Shown in pieces: positions 1-9,262 of a DNA stretch of 64,000 nucleotides (within the stretch, counting starts at the first letter, position 1; every line of letters starts with the position of its first letter). The stretch is from the NCBI GenBank assembly GCA_963820525.1, contig CAWGAA010000001.1, positions 2,464,001 through 2,528,000 of the forward strand. The letters are read 5' to 3'. This DNA comes from an uncultured Spirochaetota bacterium. Its GTDB lineage: Bacteria > Spirochaetota > Spirochaetia > SZUA-6 > Fen-1364. The notes under the pieces were generated by a model. It saw only the letters and a list, made by a program, of their open reading frames with translations. It ran no database searches and had not been told where the DNA came from. The translations under genes were made by a program, and so were the position numbers.

Positions 1-1
1 A

Positions 2-289
2 GTCGACTACCGCACGATCGGCGAATCCCTGGAGAAGACCGGAGCGCTGGCCGTGGTGGAGCAGGCCCCCGCGTGCAACTCCATCGGACCGAAGATCTCC
101 GCCGAGTGCCTGAGAAGGTTCTTCGATTCTTTCGATTGCCCCCCGGCGCTCGTTGCCGCGCCGAACGTCCCCATCCCCGTCTCACGGGAACTGGAGCGGG
201 CATGTATCCCGACAACCGCCGACATCGTGAGAAGCGTCAGCGCCGCGGCGAGAAGGGAACAAAGCGAGAGCCGCCAACCGTCGCCTTGA
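2..289 (+). CDS. C-terminal end (5'-truncated by window) of a 2-oxoacid/pyruvate dehydrogenase E1 beta-type transketolase C-terminal domain protein
   Basis: Frame open from position 2: VDYRTIGESLEKTGALAVVEQAP...FFDSFDCPPALVAAPNVPIPVSRELE, matching the E1-beta C-terminal pattern (D..TI..S..KTG...VVE; P...V...D/NVP.P). Confidence 0.75.
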   Translation, partial: VDYRTIGESLEKTGALAVVEQAPACNSIGPKISAECLRRFFDSFDCPPALVAAPNVPIPVSRELERACIPTTADIVRSVSAAARREQSESRQPSP

Positions 290-314
290 CTCTTTTTCCC
301 GCGATTATTACTAT
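286..314 (+). promoter_or_regulatory. Putative sigma70 promoter of parE-parC
   Basis: TTGACT (286-291), 17 bp spacer, TACTAT (309-314). Confidence 0.55.
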
Positions 315-391
315 TTTTTGAAACTGGGATGCCCCTTCTTCTTCCGAAAGCAGTGAGAATCAATTCGCGTATACAAGTAGAGGATACCCCT

Positions 392-2218
392 ATGGCAAAA
401 ACATCCGTAAAATACGACGAAAAAACCATACAGACCCTGGATGCCCTGGAGCATATCCGCCTTCGAACCGGCATGTACGTCGGCCGGCTGGGAGACGGCT
501 CCAACCCCATGGACGGCATCTACGTGCTCTTGAAGGAAGTCATCGACAACAGCGTGGACGAGTTCATCATGGGTGAGGGCAGGGCCGTCGAGATCACGCG
601 AAAGAAGGACACGGTCACCGTCCGCGACTACGGCCGCGGCATCCCCCTGGGCAAGGTCATCGACTGCGTGAGCAAGGTGAACACGGGCGGCAAGTTCAAC
701 GACGACGTGTTCCAGTTCTCGGTGGGCTTGAACGGCATCGGCACAAAGGCGGTGAACGCCCTTTCCCAGGAGTTCGAGGTGATGAGCTATCGGGAGGGGA
801 AGTTCGTGCAGGGCCTCTTCAAGGAGGGGAAGCTGGTGAGCCAGAAGGAGGGCAGGGACCCCAAGGCCAAGCGCGGAACCGCCATCCGCTTCACCCCGGA
901 CCCCAAGATTTTCGGCTCCTACGCGTGGAACGACGAGTTCATCTTAAAACGCCTGCGCTACTATGCATACCTCAACAGCGGCCTGGCCCTCGTGTACAAC
1001 GGAAAGACAGTCGTGAGCGACAAGGGGCTTCGCGACCTTCTGGAAGAGGAGATCGGAGAGGAGTCCACCCTCTACGGCATCGCCCACTTCAAGAACGGCC
1101 ACCTCGAGTTCGCCTTCACCCATACCGGCAACTTCGGCGAGAACTATTTCAGCTTCGTGAACGGCCAGTTCACGATCGACGGCGGCACCCACCAGACCGC
1201 TTTCCGCCTGGGGGTGCTCAAGGCCATCGACGTGTACGCCGGGGTGAGCTTCTCCGCGGAGGACGTGCGGGAAGGCATGATCGGAGCCATTGCGATCAAG
1301 CTGAAGGACCCCATATTCGAAAGCCAGACCAAGCACAAACTGGGCAACAACGAGATCCGGGGCTGGATCGCCGACGAGGTGAAGCAGCAGACCCTCCTGT
1401 GGCTGCACAAGAACGAGGCGGAGGGCAGGAAGCTCGTCGAGAAGATCAAGGCGAACGAGCGGATCAGGAAAGAGCTTTCCACCATCAAGAAGCAGGCGCG
1501 CGAGCTCGCCCGCAAGGTGGAGATCCACATCCCCAAGCTCACGGACTGCAAGGTCCATTTCGACGACGAGCGCGACAAGCGGCGGGAGGAGACCAGCATC
1601 TTCCTCACGGAAGGGGACTCGGCGGGCGGCGCGATGATCCAGGCGCGGGACGTGCATACCCAGGCCATCTTCTCGCTGAAGGGAAAACCGCTGAACGTCT
1701 ACGGCCTGAAGCGCGACACGGTCTACAAGAACGAGGAGCTGTACAACATCATGCGCGCCCTGGGCATCGAGGACGGCCTAGATGGTCTTCGCTACGCCAA
1801 GGTGATCATCGCCACTGACGCGGACGTGGACGGGATGCACATCAGGAACCTGCTCCTCACCTACTTCCTCCACTATTTCGAGGAGCTGGTCATGAAGGGC
1901 CATGTCTACATCCTGGAGACGCCGCTTTTCCGCGTGCGTACGAAAAACGAAACGGTCTACTGCTACAGCGAGGAGGCGCGGGACCAGGCCGTGAAGCGGA
2001 TGAAGCAGCCCGAGGTGACCCGCTTCAAGGGTCTTGGCGAGATCAGCCCCAAGGAGTTCAAGCAGTTCATCTCGGACGACATCCGGCTGACCCCGGTTCA
2101 GATCCAGTCCATGGGAAACGTCCACAAGACCCTGGAGTTCCTCATGGGGAAGAACACCCCGGAGAGAAAGAAGTTCATCGTCAGCAACCTCATTACCGAC
2201 GCGGTGCAGGGGGCGTGA
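392..2218 (+). CDS. parE: DNA topoisomerase IV subunit B
   Basis: EHIRLRTGMYVG, EVIDNSVDE, DYGRGIP, GLNGIG ATPase motifs; TEGDSAG and DADVDG TOPRIM motifs; RFKGLGE. Start placed at ATG 392 after AGAGGA. Short length and partner gene favour ParE over GyrB. Confidence 0.9.
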   Translation: MAKTSVKYDEKTIQTLDALEHIRLRTGMYVGRLGDGSNPMDGIYVLLKEVIDNSVDEFIMGEGRAVEITRKKDTVTVRDYGRGIPLGKVIDCVSKVNTGGKFNDDVFQFSVGLNGIGTKAVNALSQEFEVMSYREGKFVQGLFKEGKLVSQKEGRDPKAKRGTAIRFTPDPKIFGSYAWNDEFILKRLRYYAYLNSGLALVYNGKTVVSDKGLRDLLEEEIGEESTLYGIAHFKNGHLEFAFTHTGNFGENYFSFVNGQFTIDGGTHQTAFRLGVLKAIDVYAGVSFSAEDVREGMIGAIAIKLKDPIFESQTKHKLGNNEIRGWIADEVKQQTLLWLHKNEAEGRKLVEKIKANERIRKELSTIKKQARELARKVEIHIPKLTDCKVHFDDERDKRREETSIFLTEGDSAGGAMIQARDVHTQAIFSLKGKPLNVYGLKRDTVYKNEELYNIMRALGIEDGLDGLRYAKVIIATDADVDGMHIRNLLLTYFLHYFEELVMKGHVYILETPLFRVRTKNETVYCYSEEARDQAVKRMKQPEVTRFKGLGEISPKEFKQFISDDIRLTPVQIQSMGNVHKTLEFLMGKNTPERKKFIVSNLITDAVQGA

Positions 2219-2276
2219 ACGCTTTGACGGGGCGGCGCGCCTTTAGTGCGCGGCCGCGGCGTTTGAAAGGATTGTC

Positions 2277-4178
2277 ATGAGCCAGCTCAAGCCGCTGATG
2301 GAGAAGAACTTCCTCGAATACGCCAGTTACGTCATCATCGACCGCGCCATCCCGGACCTCCGGGACGGGTGCAAGCCCGTGCAGAGGCGCATCCTCGCCA
2401 CGCTCTTCGAGATGCACGACGGGAAGTTCCACAAAGTGGCCAACGTGATCGGGGAGACCATGAAGCTCCACCCCCACGGGGAAGTCTCCATCGGAGACGC
2501 CCTGGTGGTGCTGGCCAACAAGGAATACTTCATCGAGAGGCAGGGCAACTTCGGCAATATCATCACGGGCCACGAAGCCGCCGCGCCGCGCTACATCGAG
2601 TGCCGCCTCACGCCCCTTGCCGTGGAGACCCTGTTCAACAAGGCCCTCACCGAGTTCATCCCCAGCTACGACGGGCGCAAGCTCGAGCCTCTGGAGCTTC
2701 CCGCCAAGGTGCCGGTGCTCCTCATGCTGGGGGCGGACGGGATCGCGGTGGGCATGTCCACCACGATCCTTCCCCACAACTTCATCGAGCTCCTGGAGGC
2801 TCAAATAGGCATCCTCAAGGGGGAGAGCGTCGAGCTGTACCCCGATTTCCTCCAGGGCGGCTTCATCGATGTCTCAGACTACCGGGACGGCAAGGGCAGG
2901 GTGCGCATCCGCGCGCGAATCGACCAGGGGGCGCACAAGCTGGTGATCCGCGAGGTACCCTACTCCACAACCACCACCAGCCTCATCGCCTCGATAGAGA
3001 ACGCGGTGCAGAAGGGCAAGGTGAGCGTCAGCACCATCTCGGACTTCACAACGGACAGGGTGGAGATCGAGCTTCACCTCTCGCGCGGAGCCACACCGGA
3101 GAAGGTGGTGGACCAGCTCTACGCCCACACCGACTGCGAGGTGTCGATCAACTCCAACATCGTTGTCATCCGCGGAAACAGGCCCATAGAGATCGGGGTC
3201 TCGGAGTACCTGGAAGAGTTCACCTCCATCCTCAAGAAGCAGGTCAAGGCGGAGCTGGAGCACGAGCTGGCCGTGCTCGAGGATAGAAGACACTGGCTCA
3301 CCCTGGAGCAGATCTTCATCGAGAACCGCGTCTACAAGCACATCGAGAAGGCGGCCACGGAAGAGGCGGTGCGCAAGCAGGTCTTCGAGGGGATGAAGCC
3401 GTTCAAGAAGAGCTTCGTCCGCCCCATGACGGATGATGACGTCACGCGCTTGCTGGATCTGAGGATCAGGCGGATCTCGGCCTATGACATCAAGAGAAAC
3501 CGGGGGGACATCGACGACATTGTCGCGGCCATCAAGCAGGCCAACGCAAAGCTTCGAAACCTCACCAAGACGGCGGTCGCGTGGCTGCTCGGGCTCATCG
3601 AAAGCTACGGGGAGCGCTACCCGCGGCGCACCCTCATCGAGACGTTCCACACGGTGGACAAGCTCGCCGTGGCGCGGGCAAACATCCGCCTCACGTATGA
3701 CCGCGACTCAAGCTTCTTCGGCTCCAGCGTCCGCGGCTCCGAGTTCGTGATGAACGTGACGGAGTACGACAAGATCCTGGCAATAACCTCGGACGGCACC
3801 TACCGCGTCATGACGCCGCCGGAGAAGGCATGGATGCCGGGCGTCCTGTTGTACGCGGCCGTGTTCGACTCCAAGAAGGGCGCCGGGTTCACCGTCATCT
3901 ACCGCGACGCGAACAAAGCCGCCTGGGGAAAGAAGGTGCGCATCGAGCGGTTCATCACGAACAAGGTCTACCCGCTCGTGAAGGAAGGGTCCCTCGGGAT
4001 AGACTTTCTTTCGGACAAGAAGGCGCCGGGGACGGTCGTGCTCCACATGGTCCCGGCCAAGCGGCAGAAGCAGAAATCGATCACGGTGGACCTTGGCAAG
4101 CTTCCCCCCTGCGGCCTCGCGGCGCGGGGAACGCGCCTCACCGCCAAGGCGATGGAGCGTGTGGAGCAAAAACCATGA
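2277..4178 (+). CDS. parC: DNA topoisomerase IV subunit A
   Basis: YASYVIIDRAIPDLRDGCKPVQRRIL, HPHG, QGNFG, AAPRY (catalytic Tyr); short C-terminal domain with no GyrA box seen. Confidence 0.88.
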   Translation: MSQLKPLMEKNFLEYASYVIIDRAIPDLRDGCKPVQRRILATLFEMHDGKFHKVANVIGETMKLHPHGEVSIGDALVVLANKEYFIERQGNFGNIITGHEAAAPRYIECRLTPLAVETLFNKALTEFIPSYDGRKLEPLELPAKVPVLLMLGADGIAVGMSTTILPHNFIELLEAQIGILKGESVELYPDFLQGGFIDVSDYRDGKGRVRIRARIDQGAHKLVIREVPYSTTTTSLIASIENAVQKGKVSVSTISDFTTDRVEIELHLSRGATPEKVVDQLYAHTDCEVSINSNIVVIRGNRPIEIGVSEYLEEFTSILKKQVKAELEHELAVLEDRRHWLTLEQIFIENRVYKHIEKAATEEAVRKQVFEGMKPFKKSFVRPMTDDDVTRLLDLRIRRISAYDIKRNRGDIDDIVAAIKQANAKLRNLTKTAVAWLLGLIESYGERYPRRTLIETFHTVDKLAVARANIRLTYDRDSSFFGSSVRGSEFVMNVTEYDKILAITSDGTYRVMTPPEKAWMPGVLLYAAVFDSKKGAGFTVIYRDANKAAWGKKVRIERFITNKVYPLVKEGSLGIDFLSDKKAPGTVVLHMVPAKRQKQKSITVDLGKLPPCGLAARGTRLTAKAMERVEQKP

Positions 4179-4912
4179 GCGATTTTTCAAAAAGCGAATG
4201 GTCCGATGCATCAAGCGCGCAGGCCTTCATCGACGAGGCGCAGAGGTACATACCGGAGCGCGCGCGCATGTACCGCCTTCTCGCTTCTTTCCTGAAACAG
4301 GCTGTGGCGCCCCGCTTCCCGTCGAAGCGGCTCTCCGTCGTCGAGTTTGGCTCCGGCGACGGGGCGCTCTCCCAGACGATACTGCGCGAGAATCCGGGGA
4401 TCCGGCTCGTGCTCCTTGACGGCTCTCAAGAGATGCTGGAGGGCGCGCGCCGGAGGTTTTCCGGGGCAGCCGACGTCGACTGTCTCCACGCCACGTTCCA
4501 GGAGCTTCTCGCGGGAAAGCCCATGCCCGGGCCGAATCACTTCGTCGTATCGTCACTTGCCATCCACCACCTCGTGCTCGAGGAAAAAAGGAGGCTCTTC
4601 AGGCTCGCCGGGGACAGCCTGGAGACGCACGGAGCCTTCGTGAACATCGATGTCGTTCTCCCCCCGCCAGGCTCCCTTGACGCGTGGTACCATGAGCTGT
4701 GGCGAGAGTGGATCGAAGCCAATGATGGTATCGTGGCGGACGGGAAAACCTTCACTCATGTCCCGATGAAGGCCAAGTGCAATCCGGACAACATGCCGGA
4801 CACCCTCGAGGCGCAGTTGGAAGCTCTCCGCGATGCGGGCTTTGCGCCCGTGGACACCTTCTTCAAGTGCGGGGTGTTCGCCGTATTCGGAGGGTTCAAG
4901 CCGGCAGCGTAG
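4175..4912 (+). CDS. Class I SAM-dependent methyltransferase (CmoA-like)
   Basis: ATG 4175 overlaps the parC stop (ATGA); VEFGSGDG motif I, LDGSQEML, VSSLAIHHL. Confidence 0.8.
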   Translation: MSDFSKSEWSDASSAQAFIDEAQRYIPERARMYRLLASFLKQAVAPRFPSKRLSVVEFGSGDGALSQTILRENPGIRLVLLDGSQEMLEGARRRFSGAADVDCLHATFQELLAGKPMPGPNHFVVSSLAIHHLVLEEKRRLFRLAGDSLETHGAFVNIDVVLPPPGSLDAWYHELWREWIEANDGIVADGKTFTHVPMKAKCNPDNMPDTLEAQLEALRDAGFAPVDTFFKCGVFAVFGGFKPAA

Positions 4913-4940
4913 GCGCGCTGTGCGCGGCGGGCCGGGCCTT

Positions 4941-7079
4941 TCAGGTCCTGCGCAGGACCACGAGCGACACGTCGTCTGCGAGCTTGCCGCCGAACTTCTT
5001 CATGTCTCCGGATTCGGCGAAGGCCGCCACGGAATCCATGATCGCCGTGATGATGGAGTCCGGGTCCTGCCCGATATTCTGGCGGAAGACGAGCTTGAGG
5101 TTCTCCAGCCCGTACTGCTCATCCCTCTGGTTCTTGGCCTCTATGGCGCCATCGGTGTAGAGCAGAAGCACGTCCCCCTTCTCCATGGAGAAGGATCCCT
5201 CGGACTGCTTGGAGCTCACGTACTCGGTCAGCCCGAGGAAGGCCGTCTTGTCGATCATGTCGCGAAGCTCAACCACCGCGTCAGGGGCTTTCCTGTAGAG
5301 AAGGGCAATGAGGTGGGTGCCCGCGTGGGTGAAGGTGCCGTTTCTCTCGACGAGCACGCTGCACGTCATGAACTTGTCGCTTCCAATCCGTTTCTTGTTG
5401 ATGCTGCAAAGGACCTTGTTGATGATGTCGTAGACGTCGGAGATGGCGAGCTCGCGCTTGAGGGCCTGGGACGTGAAGAGCGCCCCGTGCAGGGCCGACA
5501 TGTGAATGAGGGCCATCATTCCCGCGGGAAGGCCGTGTCCGGCGACGTCGCCGATGTCGATGTAGTTTCCGAACTCCATGGGGAAAAAGTCGTAGAGATC
5601 GCCGCCGACCTCGCTGGCGGTGGTCATGGCGCACGAGGCCTCGTAGCCCGGAAGCGAGAGGGAGCGGGGAACGATCGAGGTCTGGATGCCGCGGGCGATG
5701 TCCATCTCCCCGGAGAGGCGGTTCTTCTCCTGCTGGGTCTGCTTTCCCGACATGATGGCGAAGATGATGGAGAGGTTCCCCGTGAGGTTCCTGATGGTCG
5801 TGTCCTCTTGGGGAAGAATCTGGTCGAACTCCGTCTTGAAAAGAACCACGAACCCGGTGAGCTCCTCGTGGTTGAAGACGGGGTACGCCGCTATAAGGCG
5901 GAAGACTCCCTTGAATTGCGGCGGGATGGGAATGATCACCCTGTCCTTGGACTGGAGCATGTCCTTTACCGCCAACTCGCCCATGTCGGTAATGCTCTCG
6001 CGGGCGGCGCCCTGGATGTCCGGCAGTCGGTACACCTGCTGCATGATGAGAGCGTTGATCTCCCTCTGGGAGATGCGCTTCACGGCATCCAGCTTGATGA
6101 GCGGGACGCAATAGTTGAGGATCATCTCGGGGGAATCCACCTGGAGAATGTCCCCCTTCTTGCGGTAGGCCATCACCGCGTTGAACCTCATCGTCGTGAC
6201 GGCAAGACTCCGCTGGGCGGCTTCCAGGAACGTGGACAGCGTTTCCTTGATCATCCGGTAATCCTCTTCGGCATTGCTGGCGATGACACGGTTGATGATC
6301 TCGGTGCGCGATTTTTCAGCTTGCGCCAGCTTCGCGTGAAGGTCGTTCAGGTGGAACATCCTATAGAGGAAATACTCGTGGAATGCGCTCACCGCGAACA
6401 CTATGGTGGGGATGATGAAGGGGAAAAAGGGCGAGGTCGTGAGAAAATTTAGCGAAAAAATGCCCGGAATCAGCATGAGCGCGATGAAAATGTTGAACAG
6501 GGTGAAGGGGTACTTCCGCTGGCGGATGATTCCCTCGTGGAACTTGAACAGGCGGTTGGTGTAATTCGCACAGACGAACAGCGAGGCCGTGAAGAGGAGG
6601 TACAGCCAGTTTGCCACCCCCTGGTAGGGGCGCATGGCCTCGGAATCGATTGCCGGGGCGCTTGCGAAGAGCTGGGCAAGCCCCACGCCCGTCATCAGGG
6701 GGAACAGCACCGTCATCACGATGAATAAGGCGCCGGAGATGGCGAGGAAAATGTATAACGGCCGGAGGCGCGTCTTGAAATCGTCGAAGAGGAAGCTCTT
6801 CCTGATTCGCTGCACGTGGACGGAGTATTCGAGGACGAACAGCGTCCCAAAGGAAAAAAGAGAAAGGAGCGACGCCAGAGGCTTGTAGAACGTCCTCTGG
6901 TTCTCCCCCAAAAGGATTGTGAAGACCAGAAGGACGAGCCCCGAGAATGCGAGCATGATGATGGAGACGAGGAAAACGGCCGGCCTTTTGCCGTATTCGG
7001 TCCGCTTCGCCGCGTCGTACCACAGCACCAGGGAAGCAGCCGAGACCGCGAGGTAGCTGAAGAAGAGGAAGTCCGTCAT
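4941..7079 (-). CDS. Membrane-bound PP2C/SpoIIE-family Ser/Thr phosphatase (multi-TM N-terminus, GAF-like region, SpoIIE domain)
   Basis: About 7 hydrophobic N-terminal segments; ARGIQTSIVP, EVGGDLYD, IGDVAGHGLPAG, LLYTDGAIE, DDVSLVV metal-binding motifs all intact. Confidence 0.9.
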   Translation of the reverse strand: MTDFLFFSYLAVSAASLVLWYDAAKRTEYGKRPAVFLVSIIMLAFSGLVLLVFTILLGENQRTFYKPLASLLSLFSFGTLFVLEYSVHVQRIRKSFLFDDFKTRLRPLYIFLAISGALFIVMTVLFPLMTGVGLAQLFASAPAIDSEAMRPYQGVANWLYLLFTASLFVCANYTNRLFKFHEGIIRQRKYPFTLFNIFIALMLIPGIFSLNFLTTSPFFPFIIPTIVFAVSAFHEYFLYRMFHLNDLHAKLAQAEKSRTEIINRVIASNAEEDYRMIKETLSTFLEAAQRSLAVTTMRFNAVMAYRKKGDILQVDSPEMILNYCVPLIKLDAVKRISQREINALIMQQVYRLPDIQGAARESITDMGELAVKDMLQSKDRVIIPIPPQFKGVFRLIAAYPVFNHEELTGFVVLFKTEFDQILPQEDTTIRNLTGNLSIIFAIMSGKQTQQEKNRLSGEMDIARGIQTSIVPRSLSLPGYEASCAMTTASEVGGDLYDFFPMEFGNYIDIGDVAGHGLPAGMMALIHMSALHGALFTSQALKRELAISDVYDIINKVLCSINKKRIGSDKFMTCSVLVERNGTFTHAGTHLIALLYRKAPDAVVELRDMIDKTAFLGLTEYVSSKQSEGSFSMEKGDVLLLYTDGAIEAKNQRDEQYGLENLKLVFRQNIGQDPDSIITAIMDSVAAFAESGDMKKFGGKLADDVSLVVLRRT

Positions 7080-7098
7080 AAACGCCTCCTAGAAAGCT

Positions 7099-8175
7099 CT
7101 AATAGTGGTCCAGGACCTGCCGCAGCCGCCGGATCTTCTGCTGGATGGCGTCCACCTGATTCGAGGAGGCTTCCGCCTGAATCCGGCCCGCCAGTTCCCG
7201 GGTCTTGGCAATGATGTCCTTGCTGATCGTCTGCTGCTCCGACGCCTTTTCCTTGGAGAGGTTGCTCACCGTGCGAATGATCTCCACCGCCAGAATGACG
7301 CCCTGAAGCGCACCCGCGACGGAGAGAAGCGAATCCTTCTCCTTCTCGATCTCCCCCGAGGTCACCGTGGTGTGCTCCACAACCTTTCGGACGATCTCCT
7401 GGATATGGGTGACGAAGTCCTCGATGTTCTTCAGCGAGTTCTCGGTTTCCTGGGCGAGCTTTCGGATCTCCTTGGCAACCACGTCGAAGGCCCTGCCGTG
7501 AGCACCCGCGCGCGTGGCCACGACGGATGCATTTATCGAAAGCACATATGTCTTGGAGGAGATTTCGGACATCATCTCCAGTATCCCGACGATCTTTTTC
7601 GACTCATCGTAGAGCCGCCGGGTTTCCTCCAGGGACGCCCCCAGCTCCCCCGTCAGCTCCCTGACCTTGGCCTGAACCTGCTCGGAAAGGGCAAAGGCCT
7701 TTTCCGCGGTCCCCGCGAGGTTATCGGAGATATCGAAGGCCTTCTTGGAATTGTCGAAGATCGACTTGGAGTTGGACTCGAGCCGCTCGATGCTCTGCCC
7801 GAACGAGGTCCAGGCCTCCGAGAAGGACTCTGGGCGCGGGGCCTTCTGGAGCAGGAGCTCCGCTTCTTCCCAGCTCTTCTTCCATTCTTCCCACACGGAT
7901 CTGTCCGGGAGAGCGAGATCGGGCTCCGGGGAAGGGACCGCAGCTTGCTGCCCTTCGAGTGACTGGGCGGAAAAGCCGGCGGAAGCCTCGTCCGCCGGAA
8001 GCGCCCGCCCCTCGCGGGAAAGGATGAGGGAGACCGCCCACGCGACGAGGAAGCCCGCCGCGATGACGGCGCTCCTCACCACGGCGGAGGAAACGAGCCA
8101 TGAGGTGGCAATACAGACGGCCGCGAGCGCGAGAATGATGATGAGCGCCACCGAAGCCCGAGAGCGGTTATTCAA
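7099..8175 (-). CDS. Methyl-accepting chemotaxis-like protein (two N-terminal TMs plus MCP signalling domain)
   Basis: TYVLSINASVVATRAGAHGRAFDVVAKEIRKLAQET hairpin tip within heptad coiled coil; TTG start overlaps the upstream stop. Confidence 0.8.
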   Translation of the reverse strand: MNNRSRASVALIIILALAAVCIATSWLVSSAVVRSAVIAAGFLVAWAVSLILSREGRALPADEASAGFSAQSLEGQQAAVPSPEPDLALPDRSVWEEWKKSWEEAELLLQKAPRPESFSEAWTSFGQSIERLESNSKSIFDNSKKAFDISDNLAGTAEKAFALSEQVQAKVRELTGELGASLEETRRLYDESKKIVGILEMMSEISSKTYVLSINASVVATRAGAHGRAFDVVAKEIRKLAQETENSLKNIEDFVTHIQEIVRKVVEHTTVTSGEIEKEKDSLLSVAGALQGVILAVEIIRTVSNLSKEKASEQQTISKDIIAKTRELAGRIQAEASSNQVDAIQQKIRRLRQVLDHY

Positions 8176-8548
8176 CCTTCACGGCTCCCGGAACGAGGAA
8201 CGTCAGGGTGGGCAGGCTCGTCACCTGCCAGGTGATGTCCTTGTTGTGACGGATCCTGATCAGGTATTTCTTGTCGTCACTGAGATCCGCCAGCTTCATG
8301 ATCCATTTCGCGATTGCCTTGATCCCCGAAGAGTTGAGGAAGGTGAGCTGCATGAAGTCCAGGTCCACCTGTTTTATCCCCTTCGACACGCAGCCGCCGT
8401 GGATCTTGTCAAAGAGCGGATCCAGGATCTCCCCCGGGTCCTGCATGTCGACGTCTCCGACGAAAGCGACGCCGATCCCCGCCGGTGTGTCGGTGACTTC
8501 GATGGAGATCCGCGACTGCTTGACGGGATCGATGGCGAGCTTGTTCAT
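8168..8548 (-). CDS. STAS-like anti-anti-sigma protein, Slr1659/SiaC-like
   Basis: LDFMQLTFLNSSGIKAIAKW (phosphoacceptor motif like SpoIIAA DSSG) and C-terminal ITWQVTSL; strong AGGAGGAG RBS. Confidence 0.8.
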   Translation of the reverse strand: MNKLAIDPVKQSRISIEVTDTPAGIGVAFVGDVDMQDPGEILDPLFDKIHGGCVSKGIKQVDLDFMQLTFLNSSGIKAIAKWIMKLADLSDDKKYLIRIRHNKDITWQVTSLPTLTFLVPGAVKVE

Positions 8549-8557
8549 ATCTCCTCC

Positions 8558-9043
8558 TCACGCGCGCTTGGATTCGAGGCTGACCGTCACCGAATCCCCG
8601 TGGACCTTCACATCCATGTCGAGGCCCGTCTCGTAGCGGATCCTGGCAAGCCCCAGCTGGCTCTTGCCGTCCTTCCTCACGGCTGCCTCCCTCATCTGGC
8701 TCATGTATGCCTCAAGAGGATCGCCTTTCATGATCTTCTGGAAGAGAGACTTCAGGGTCTCGACTGCCTCGGTCGAGGCCTGGTTTGAAACGGAGATGCT
8801 GATATTCTCCGCGGTCGTGAGAACGCTGACCGCGATCTTGATGTCGTCCCCGGCGGCGTACTTCACGGCGTTCTCGAGAAGCTCGCTGGCGGCCATCGCG
8901 ATGTTGTCGGCCCGCGTCGTGTCTTGAAGGCTCACCGCCATGAAGCTCTGGATGAAGCTGCGAACGACCGCGATGTACTTCCATCTCGGACCGAAGGAGA
9001 GCTCGATGTACCCGTCCGGTTTCTGGCCTGAGTCTTTTGCCAT
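8558..9043 (-). CDS. HATPase_c anti-sigma-type Ser/Thr kinase, Slr1658/SiaB-like
   Basis: Start MAKDSGQK at 9043 after GGGAG; N-box SELLENAVKY, GDPLEAY..QM, G-box SQLGLARI. Confidence 0.8.
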   Translation of the reverse strand: MAKDSGQKPDGYIELSFGPRWKYIAVVRSFIQSFMAVSLQDTTRADNIAMAASELLENAVKYAAGDDIKIAVSVLTTAENISISVSNQASTEAVETLKSLFQKIMKGDPLEAYMSQMREAAVRKDGKSQLGLARIRYETGLDMDVKVHGDSVTVSLESKRA

Positions 9044-9062
9044 GGCATCTCCCTTCCCTTGG

Positions 9063-9091
9063 AGAATAGAGCCGAACCAAAGGGAAATCAA
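9063..9091 (-). promoter_or_regulatory. Putative sigma70 promoter of the kinase-STAS-MCP-PP2C operon
   Basis: Minus strand TTGATT-N17-TATTCT. Confidence 0.45.
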
Positions 9092-9262
9092 GCCGGCGCG
9101 AGTATTGCCGAACGTACGTGAAGGCTTTATATGAGAGTCCCGCCTCGTGAGTATCGCGATTCCCGGCCGATTCCGCAAGTCGGCTGCGGCGGATTCGCTC
9201 GCGGGGCATTCAAGAAGGACTCTCCCTTTACAGCGGGGTAGGGCCTCCGCTACAGTTCGGCC

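Noticed and set aside
3830..4174. N-terminal extensions in the ORF track (methyltransferase from 3830, rtcB from 21333, archease from 18972, SPFH from 23411, NimA-like from 37501, kinase from 9379)
   Set aside because: The extensions overlap neighbouring genes and are low-complexity; RBS positions and stop/start overlaps support the shorter starts used.
392..4178. DNA gyrase gyrB/gyrA or a replication-origin region
   Set aside because: The A subunit is only 633 aa with no GyrA box, and there is no dnaA, dnaN, recF or DnaA-box cluster.
9044..9262. Riboswitch in the divergent region upstream of the partner-switch operon
   Set aside because: No recognisable aptamer consensus; both predicted promoters lie too close to their start codons to leave room for one.
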